A stretch of DNA of 59,659 bases, filler included. It is 8 parts of 8 records of this genome, joined end to end, with 100 filler letters (N's around TTAATTAATTAA, not from the genome) between each part and the next. Parts side by side here need not be neighbours in the genome. Positions count along the whole stretch, not along the records: positions 46,677 to 53,485 come from SRR31147125_15716; positions 53,586 to 59,659 come from SRR31147125_15737; 6 more parts are not named here. The stretch is one strand, 5' to 3'. Under the pieces are notes generated by a model, which saw only the letters and a list, made by a program, of their open reading frames with translations, was not told the DNA's origin and ran no database searches. The position numbers and the translations under genes are program-made. Shown in pieces: positions 50,982 through 59,659 of the stretch (within the stretch, counting starts at the first letter, position 1; the number at the start of each line of letters is the position of its first letter).

Positions 50982-52322
50982 ATGACCAATACGATACAAA
51001 GAGCTACTCATATATCTCAAATTTACAGGGCTCTTTTTCAGGGCCCTTTAATGGTTGAGCAGCTTCCGGATTTTTATAAAGAAACATATAAAGCGAGGGG
51101 AGACAAGCCTCGATCGCAAATGGCACGGCTGCTAACCAATAATATTGGAATTAATCAGCATTTATTGTTTGTTGGATACCGTGGTTGTGGGAAAAGTACG
51201 GAATTACGCCGCTTGGAACAGGATATTCAAAATGATTTTATCGTATTTAATTACTCGGTGTATAGCGAATTGGATCCCAATAGTCTCAATTACATCGAAC
51301 TGATTATTGTTACAATGGAAAGGCTGTTTTCTTTTGTGAAAGAGAAGGAGCTAAGAATTAATAAAAGCTATATAAAGAATATCTCCGATTTTTTAAAGAC
51401 AAAAGAAATTGAAGAAATTAAAGGTAAGTACATGGATTTGAGTGCAGAAGCCGGTTCAGAAACTGCTTTCACTATTCCATACATTCAGAAGTTCTTCCTA
51501 AAATTAAAAGGATCTTTAAAAAATAGTCGTTCGATAAAAACAGTGCTAACCGAAACAGTTGAACCTCATTTTTCAACTTTGCTAAATCATTGTAACGACC
51601 TAATTGCAGAAATACGTTTGCAATTAAATGATTTGGGCAAAAAAGATTTAGTAATTATAATTGAAGATTTAGACAAGATAAAACTTTCGGAAGCAAGAAG
51701 ATTGTTTTTCGATTATGCCAATCAAATTACAAGTTTCAATGCCAACATTATTTATACTTTCCCAATTTCTTTGTACTACGATATAAAATTTAATCCTATC
51801 CGAACCTACTTTTCGAAAATTTATGAGTTGCCAATGATAAAGGTGCACGAACGAAACGGGGAGCCCTCTCCAGAGGGGATTAATACTTTGAAAAAGATTA
51901 TTGAAGCGCGCATGGATTTGACCTTATTTAGCGATGAGAAAATCCTGGATGATTGCATAATGTATTCTGGAGGTTGTATAAGAGATTTGTTTGCTATGAT
52001 TACCGAAGCAGCAGAAAGTGCCCAGGACGAAGACAGGGAAACAATAAATGAAAGCGATAAGGAATATGCTCTGAAAAAACTAAAAAAAGAGTATAAAAAT
52101 ACCATTGCCGACCATGTTAATGCCAATGGTGAAGTTGATGTACAAGCAAGCGAATTTTACAACCTGCTAAACCAAATAAATAACGACCCAAATAAATTGC
52201 TCGATAATACCAAACCGGCTTTACACCTGCGTCAAAACCTTACAATACTCGGATATAACGGTGATGGTTGGTGCGATGTGCACCCAATTGTAAAAATGAT
52301 TCTGGAAGAAAGGAATAGTTAA
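50982..52322 (+). CDS. P-loop ATPase (KAP/STAND-like)
   Basis: Walker A GYRGCGKST, Walker B IIIEDLDK, SGGCIRDL, C-terminal WCDVHP. Confidence 0.85.
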   Translation: MTNTIQRATHISQIYRALFQGPLMVEQLPDFYKETYKARGDKPRSQMARLLTNNIGINQHLLFVGYRGCGKSTELRRLEQDIQNDFIVFNYSVYSELDPNSLNYIELIIVTMERLFSFVKEKELRINKSYIKNISDFLKTKEIEEIKGKYMDLSAEAGSETAFTIPYIQKFFLKLKGSLKNSRSIKTVLTETVEPHFSTLLNHCNDLIAEIRLQLNDLGKKDLVIIIEDLDKIKLSEARRLFFDYANQITSFNANIIYTFPISLYYDIKFNPIRTYFSKIYELPMIKVHERNGEPSPEGINTLKKIIEARMDLTLFSDEKILDDCIMYSGGCIRDLFAMITEAAESAQDEDRETINESDKEYALKKLKKEYKNTIADHVNANGEVDVQASEFYNLLNQINNDPNKLLDNTKPALHLRQNLTILGYNGDGWCDVHPIVKMILEERNS

Positions 52323-52328
52323 TTCAAT

Positions 52329-53485
52329 ATGCTGTTAAATTCTAAAAATTCTAAAAATGTTAACAGGTTAATTCGTTTTTTCTCGCGAGATGAAGAAAGC
52401 GGATATGTTTTTGCATTTGCGGCCAACACGTCGCTAATTGCACAGGTTAATAACGAAATAACCACTTTTTTTAAAAGCCAACAACAAGAAATTGGTATAT
52501 TTTTTCTGAACAAAGAAAGCGACGATTCTATTTTACAGTCTGTAAGGTCTTTCGTAAACGGAAAAAGTTTAAAGCCTTGATTATTGCCAACCTATTCGAG
52601 TTTATTAGCGATAAAGACAAAGGGCAAGCATATTTAACCGAAATTAATTTCGCCCGCGAATCGTTTTATGCTTTTAAACTACCCGTTTTATTTTGGGTAA
52701 GCGAGCAAACTTTTCCATTGTTAAGCAACAATGCTCCAGATTTATACTCGCAACGACGTTTACCAAGTTTCGAGTTTGAAGCCGAAGTGCCTGAACCTGT
52801 TGAAGAATTGCAATTTAAAGCACCTCCATTGGTTCCTAGGGGAACAGAAACTTCAAGGTTGAAAGTACTTAAAGAGCAGTTTGTTGATGCTTTAAACAGA
52901 AATATTGAAAACAGTTCACTGGTAAACGAATTTCTCTTGCCTTATTTATCAGAACTGGCTGAAAACTACCGAAAAACGGAAGTGTTGGAATTATTATCGA
53001 AATACACTGATAGTATTGAAACGGAAAAAGAATCCAATATTAAAACGCTTGCCGATATTTATTCAAATATTCATGAGTATAAAACGGCAATTGAATATTA
53101 TACAAAAACTATTGAGTGTGAAACGGGATTTTCCCGAGATGAATTTGCTATTGTTTACCTGAAAAGAGGTGATAACTATAAAATATTAGGTGATATTTCA
53201 AAAGCGTTGGATGATTATATTAAGGGAGAAAAACTAATAAATGAACTGTATGAAACTTTTCCCAAAAATATTTCTTCTAAGAACAACCTGGCAATTTTGT
53301 ATGAAAGACTTGGTGATACATACACGGCTCTTGGTAAATTGGATATGGCATTGGTATATTTTGAAAAATATACAGAATTAGAAAAAGAACTCAATGAAGC
53401 CAATTCCCAAAATACTCTATATAAAAGCAACCTGGCTATCTCTTATGAGAAACTAGGAGAAACGCAGAGTTCATTGGGGAATTTG
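52329..53485 (+). CDS. TPR protein with N-terminal degenerate NTPase-like domain; apparent -1 frameshift at A5 (52562-52566); 3' truncated
   Basis: INFARESF...PVLFWVSE...APDLYS, then repeats NLAILYERLGDTY..LG / NLAISYEKLGETQ..LG. Confidence 0.75.
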
Positions 53486-53585
53486 NNNNNNNNNNNNNNN
53501 NNNNNNNNNNNNNNNNNNNNNNNNNNNNNTTAATTAATTAANNNNNNNNNNNNNNNNNNNNNNNNNNNNNNNNNNNNNNNNNNNN

Positions 53586-56500
53586 GCCACCTGACCGTTA
53601 TCTGCATCAACCACCTCCATTTCTCGCTCTTCCAACATATTTCCCAAAGCAAATACATTTCTAATGTCATCATCAACTACCAATATTTTTTTCCCTTTAA
53701 AAAGAGAGTCATCATTGGCTATTGCCGGCTTTTCTTTTAGCTCAGGAATCTGTTTTGATACTTGATGCAAAAACAAGGTTATCTCATCCATCAAACGATC
53801 ATCAGATTTTATTCCTTTCAGAATAATGGTGTCTGTATAATCATTTAACTCCTTAATTTCATCTTTTGACATTTCTTTCCCGGTGTAAACAATAACCTTG
53901 GGAATGGTTATATTATTCGATTTCAACTTCTTCAACAGCTCCATTCCTGAGTAATCAGGCAAGCCTAAATCAAGAATAATGCAATCAAAAGTTTCGTAGT
54001 TCAAAATATTGAAAGCTTCATCTGCCATTCCAGCTTCTTTAATTTCAAGATTAAGCTCGAATAACATTGTTTTTATTACACCCCGTGTAACAGCGTTGTC
54101 TTCAACGATCAATATCTTTTTCAAGGGACTTGTAAAATAACTTTCAAGGGACTTTAACGCATCAGTAAACTCCGTTGTTTCTAAAGTTTTTAATTCTCCA
54201 TGGTCATCCGAATCGGTATAATCAATTGGTGTAATTATATGCACAGGAAGCTTGCTAAACAACTTATGCTCTTTCAATTTTAAGTAATTAGGATCTTTTG
54301 TATACTCAACAGCCAGCATAATTGCTTTTGGTGAATATTTTTCTGCTATTTCAATCCCATCAAGAATGTTCTGCGCTACAATTGCCCGAAAGTTTTTCAT
54401 TCTGGCTTGTTGTAAAAATTTATTTGCCTGATCCCTTGAAGGATGAATCACCAATACTGTTCGTCCATTAGGATTTTCATCTCGGTCATCGTCTATAAAT
54501 AAAGGAAGTACTTTTTCTTCTTCTATCGGCTTTGCAATTTCAACATCATTTTTTTCCTCGATGGAAGGTAAGTCATCTGCAGAAGGTAGCTTTTCATTAG
54601 AATCCAATTCAGAATGAGAAAAAGGCAAATAAATATTAAATGTCGACCCTTTACCAACAACACTCTCCAATTGAATTTCACCGCCAAGTAGATTGATCAG
54701 TTCCCGAGAAATAGAGAGTCCTAGACCGGTACCTCCAAATTTACGAGAGATGCTACCATCAGCCTGCTGGAATGCCTCAAAAATTGATTCCATTTTCTCT
54801 GGAGGAATACCAACTCCTGTATCAGCAATTCGAATACAGCAAGATTGTTCAACAGCCAACTGTTTTGATCTAAAAACAGTATTATCAGGCGTTGTGGTGA
54901 AATATACAGAAACCGTTCCTTTACTTGTAAACTTGAATGCGTTAGAAAGTAAATTTTTAACAATCTGCATCAATCGATAGCGGTCAGTATTTAGTTTTTC
55001 AGGGAATTCTTCATTAACTGCAACATCTAAAGCTAAGCCTTTATCATCTGCCATCGCATTGAAATTCATCAATACTTCTTCTTTCAAATCAGTTGTATTT
55101 ACCGAGTTAAGCTCAAGACTCATTTTGCCAGCTTCTATCTTTGAAAGGTCAAGAATCTCATTAATCAGGTGCAATAAGTCTGACCCACTTTTATGAATAA
55201 TTTTTGCAGATTGCACTTGATCATCACTTAGGTTTCCTTTTTTATTGCTTGATAATAGATTCGATAAAATCAACAAACTATTTAAAGGTGTTCGAAGCTC
55301 ATGTGACATATTTGCCAAAAATTCTGACTTATACTGGCTAGCCTGTTGTAATTCCGTTGCTTTTACCTCGAGTTCTTCATGTGTTTTAATTAGTTCTTTA
55401 TTTTTAATGCTGATATCCTCTTTCTGCATTTCAAGCTGACCTGTTCTTTCTTCAAGCTCTTCATTGGCTACTCGTAACTCTTCCTGCTGAACTTGTAATT
55501 TTTTCTCATTCTCGGTCAAAACCTGAGTATGTTCTGTAAGCTCTTCATTAGCTACCCTAAGCTCCTCTTGTTGTACCTGTAGTTCACTTGCCTGATCCTG
55601 TGTTTTCTGAAGCAACTCACCCGTTTTAATCCTACTTTCTGCAGAATTAATTTTAATTGCAATTATCTCTGATGCTTGTTTCAAAAATTCTAGTTCAAGT
55701 TCTGAATATTCACGAAGCGATGATAACTCAAGAACACCAACCAATGCCTTGTTGAAAACCATTGGCACAATAACAATTTGCTTAGGCTTATATTCCCCGA
55801 CAGATGAGAAAGTTGAATACAACTCTTCAGGAACATCTTTGATCACTTGTATTTTCATTGATTCTGCAACCTGACCAATAATCCCTTCGTTTAGTTTTAC
55901 TTTCTTTTTCAACTTTCTGGTATCAACGCCAGATGCACTTAACAACTTCAGGTGCTTATAATCAGTATTATAAAGATAGGTGCTTCCTATTTGAGCCTGC
56001 AGAAGATCCATTAACAGACTAATTGATTTATTGGCAATATCTGTAAGGCTATGATCACTATTTAGCCTGGCATTTATCTCATTTAATCCTGATTTAAACC
56101 ATGAATCCTGTTTTACCTTATCATGTGATACTCTGAGTTCTTCAACCATTTTATTCAAGGCAATACTCATTTCATCTTTACTAGATCGAGGTGTTATCTG
56201 ACCACTATAATCACCATCTGCAACCTTTTTGGCATGCATAATTACCTTACGCAAGCCTTCCTGAATACTTTTAAAAGAACTAGCAAGTTCTCCAATCTCA
56301 TTCTTTGAATTAATAGAAAGTTCTACATCAAGATTCCCCATCGCAATTACTCTAAAATTGCTCACCATTTCACTTACCGGATTGGATATTGATTTGGATA
56401 TTAGAGTAGAAATAAAGGCAATCGTCACTATTAGGAGCACGACAACCAAAAACATTCCTACATACAATAAGTTATGGGCATAATTATTTAATGAACTTAT

Positions 56501-57085
56501 AGAGTTTGCAAAATCATCATAGAATATCCTCATACTAACTAAATCTTCACTTATTTCCTCTTCAACATCAGTGATCTTGCCTGATTTATATTCCAGTATT
56601 TTTGTTTTGATAACCTCTCCAAGCTCAGCCCCTTTTAGCGCAATTTGCTGAGCTTCTACCATTTTTACGGGTTTAAAGACAAGAAGAAACTTAATACGAT
56701 TTGCCATCAGTTCTGCATTGGAACGATCTTCATTGTAAGCTAATCTGTAATTCTCAAAGAGGATATCAACAAACTCATCCTCTGACAATTGAGCAAGCTG
56801 GTCAACAATACCAAAATTTCGTGCCATCTGATTAGCTTCATCAATTTTAACAATCGACCTATCCAACCAAAGAGTATCCTTAGTTATTTGATACCGATAG
56901 TAGTTCTCAATACCCTCTTGAAAAGTGTTATTATGAACTCTCTCTGCATTGATTATTAACCCTAGGGTTCTTCCTGTATCATAGAAATAATTAGAGACAT
57001 AACCCAAAACGATTAAGCTCAGGAATGACAACAAACTTAAAACCCGCAGTTTATTTCGGATTTTAAGGTTAGCAAAATTGATCAT
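53586..57085 (-). CDS. Hybrid sensor histidine kinase (TM, HAMPs, GAF, HisKA, HATPase, three REC), 3' truncated
   Basis: EFLANMSHELRTPLN, NLLSNAFKFT, GGTGLGL, ILIVEDN..LDLGLPD, ILVVDDD. Confidence 0.95.
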
Positions 57086-57388
57086 AATTGAAACCAGTTA
57101 ATTTTTCGCTTTAAAAATAAGAAATGATTCCAAGGTCAATCTTCTTTTTCAAAATAAGTATTAACAGCAGATTGTTCATTAACTCTGTTATTTGTCCGTA
57201 TACAAAGTTCTCTGATAAGCATAATAGCTATCTGTTATAAAGTCTTTAGCAAGCACCACTAGCTGCAGATAGTATGTTTTAACTATGGCATAAGCAAGCC
57301 AAACAATAAGCCCCTCAAATAAACTGCCATAAATCATATTGTAACCAACTGATTTGTTTCTATTTTTGAGATTCAAATTTGATATCTT

Positions 57389-58984
57389 ATGCTGAAAAAA
57401 GTTCCGCACACATATGTTATTGTTTTTTATCTTATTCTACTCTCTGCAATCCTGACCTGGGTTATTCCTGGTGGAGCATTTGAGCGGGAAACAGTTTCGG
57501 TAAATGGAATCGAACGGGAAATCATAAAAAATGAATCATTTCATTATACGGAAAGCACCCCTCAAACATGGCAGGTTTTTTCAGCTTTTTTCGATGGCTT
57601 TGCCAATACGGCCGACATCATTGTTTTCATTTTAATGATTGGTGGTGCATTTTGGATTATGAATGACAGTAAGGCAATTGATGTTGGAATTTATTCTTTT
57701 TTGAAATCGGCACAAAAACTTGAACGAAAAAAATGGATTAAAAGAATTGGGGTTGACAACCTCATTATGAGTTTGATCATGCTCATATTTAGTCTATTCG
57801 GAGCTATTTTTGGGATGAGTGAAGAAACCATCGCATTCACGATTATTTTTGTTCCGCTAGCAATTTCAATGGGCTACGATTCCATCATGGGGGTTAGCTT
57901 GTGTTTTGTTGCTGCTGGCTTGGGATTCGCAGGAGCAACACTTAATCCTTTTACAATTGGTATTGCTCAAGGACTTTCCAACTTACCACTTTTCTCAGGA
58001 ATTGAGTACCGTTTTTTCTGCTGGGTAGTTCTAAACATTATTGGATTCGCCTACATTCTTATCTATGCTAAAAAGATAAAAAAAGACCCAACTCGCTCAA
58101 CAGTTTATGAAGATGATGAGGTTTGGCGTAAAAAGAGCAACAGTCATCTGGATGAATTGAACCATTTTATGCCAAAACAAGCTTGGTTTGTTTTTGGAAT
58201 CATAAGCGTCGTGCTTATTGCTTTTTCAATAAGCCACCCAATTTCAACATTAAATATTGGAAACAGCTCTGTCTCGTTTCCTGCAATGCCTGTAGCTTCT
58301 GGTGCTTTTATTGTATTTAGTCTACTTTCATTAAGGAAAACTGTACACTACTTTATCTTAAATCAATTAATTTTCACCATCGTCTTTCTAATCATAGGTG
58401 TGATGGGATACGGATGGTATGTCATGGAAATTGCGACACTCTTCCTTGCAATGGGTCTGACTTCAGGTATTTCAATGGGCAGAAAAGCCAATGAATTGGT
58501 GAAACTATTTATTGAAGGAGCAAAAGATATTCTTTCTGCAGCTATGGTTGTAGGGCTAGCAGGAGGTATAATTGTAATTCTTGAAAACGGAAAAATCATA
58601 GACACTATCCTATTCGGACTTTCAGAAACCATGAACGGACTTGGAAAAGTTTCTTCGGTAGGAATGATGTACATTATACAAAATGTATTGAATATTTTTA
58701 TCCCTTCGGGGTCTGGGAAAGCTGCATTAACAATGCCTATGATGTCACAATTTTCAGATTTAATTGGAATTTCGAGACAAGCAACTGTAATGGCTTTTCA
58801 ATTTGGCGATGGCTTTACGAATATGATTACCCCAACTTCAGGTGTATTGATAGGTGTTTTGGGAATCGCAAAGATTCCGTATGAAAAATGGTTTAAATGG
58901 GTAGCTCCATTAATATTGATCTTACTAATCGTTGGATTTTTACTGCTTATCCCAACTGTGACCATGCAGTTAAATGGATTTTAA
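57389..58984 (+). CDS. yfcC: YfcC-family antiporter
   Basis: PHTYVI, TWVIPGGAF, GMSEETIAF, NPFTIGIAQ, PSGSGKA, FQFGDG. Confidence 0.9.
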   Translation: MLKKVPHTYVIVFYLILLSAILTWVIPGGAFERETVSVNGIEREIIKNESFHYTESTPQTWQVFSAFFDGFANTADIIVFILMIGGAFWIMNDSKAIDVGIYSFLKSAQKLERKKWIKRIGVDNLIMSLIMLIFSLFGAIFGMSEETIAFTIIFVPLAISMGYDSIMGVSLCFVAAGLGFAGATLNPFTIGIAQGLSNLPLFSGIEYRFFCWVVLNIIGFAYILIYAKKIKKDPTRSTVYEDDEVWRKKSNSHLDELNHFMPKQAWFVFGIISVVLIAFSISHPISTLNIGNSSVSFPAMPVASGAFIVFSLLSLRKTVHYFILNQLIFTIVFLIIGVMGYGWYVMEIATLFLAMGLTSGISMGRKANELVKLFIEGAKDILSAAMVVGLAGGIIVILENGKIIDTILFGLSETMNGLGKVSSVGMMYIIQNVLNIFIPSGSGKAALTMPMMSQFSDLIGISRQATVMAFQFGDGFTNMITPTSGVLIGVLGIAKIPYEKWFKWVAPLILILLIVGFLLLIPTVTMQLNGF

Positions 58985-59074
58985 AAGAGAAATCTCAATT
59001 TGAGAAAGGTGATTCAAAATTGAGAAGAGATTGAATTGATTTTCAGGAAGATTTTAGTTTGAATATTAACTATT

Positions 59075-59443
59075 TTAATGGAGCAATTTAACAGACGAAT
59101 TAGTTTTTTCGAATACGCTTGACAAAACTTTTCCATTTACCCGAATCTTCAACAGATAAATTCCGGTATGCACTGTTTTAATTTGAAGTTTTACTTTCTG
59201 AATACCCGGAAACAGATGCCGAGCCTCCCACTCCTGAACCTTATTTCCTAATATATCAACTAACTGAAATCTGGTAGTTGAATAATCCTCAAGGCTTATC
59301 TCAACATAAACATGTGTAGTAAATGGATTTGGATATACCTTTTCAATCTTACACGTTTCAAGCTCTACAGGTACCTGGGTTTGAGCAACCGATATATTAG
59401 TAACCAATAGAGTTATAATTATTATGGGTAAAATTATTTTCAT
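59075..59443 (-). CDS. Small protein made of a signal peptide and a T9SS type A sorting domain
   Basis: VYPNPF, DILG, GIYLLKI. One extra T at 59124-59127 gives the typical end VFVKRIRKN* (stop 59100-59102). Confidence 0.8.
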   Translation of the reverse strand: MKIILPIIIITLLVTNISVAQTQVPVELETCKIEKVYPNPFTTHVYVEISLEDYSTTRFQLVDILGNKVQEWEARHLFPGIQKVKLQIKTVHTGIYLLKIRVNGKVLSSVFEKTNSSVKLLH

Positions 59444-59659
59444 AGCTGCATTCTTTACATCCATTACAGACAATAACTATTCCAAAAAGTTGCTTTTACT
59501 CATAACTAAAATTGTAAACTCTCAATTTTTTCATTCGATTGTATAGCGGACAATTTTCAATAGAAATAACTACCATTTTGCTTATATCCAAGTCAAAAAA
59601 AGAGTTCTTACAAACATTTAACAAGACATAAGCAATAACCTCATGTTTTAAAACAAAAA

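Noticed and set aside
6750-53585. Recurrent TTAATTAATTAA motif and apparent gene neighbourhoods across N-runs
   Set aside because: Artificial linkers; genes in different contigs are not linked, so no cross-contig system was inferred.

Overview
The window is not one locus. It is eight unrelated contigs joined by 100-nt N-TTAATTAATTAA-N linkers. (1) 1-6749 is an AT-rich defence island: a TIR-like/SLATT/ThsB-like TIR operon, an IS256 remnant, an integrase-less integron-type array with two attC sites carrying a dual PD-(D/E)XK nuclease cassette and a DUF4062-TIR cassette, and a probable KAP-NTPase tail. (2) 6850-14953 is a type IV pilus/competence operon with embedded comFB and an unusual secretin, plus hldA-ispF (low-GC diderm, Fusobacteriota-like). 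(3) 15054-20696 is clostridial priA-def-fmt-rsmB-rlmN. (4) 20797-27089 is Bacteroidota: oxidoreductase, membrane-spanning regulator, archaeal-type thymidylate synthase, and yefM-yoeB bracketed by a duplicated lipB 3' end. (5) 27190-33836 is Desulfobacterota-like rlmD/hydrolase/cinA/DUF4126/argC/secA. (6) 33937-46576 is a Bacteroidota sulfated-glycan enzyme cluster with a TA pair whose toxin has a nonsense codon. (7) 46677-53485 is an ABC exporter with an in-frame palindromic-repeat insertion, followed by an ATPase-TPR pair. (8) 53586-59659 holds a hybrid histidine kinase, yfcC and a T9SS-tail protein. Eight genes are broken by -1 deletions in homopolymers, most likely sequencing error. The best candidates for an undescribed system are in contig 1. 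All family and taxon assignments come from motif recognition by eye, not from database searches.
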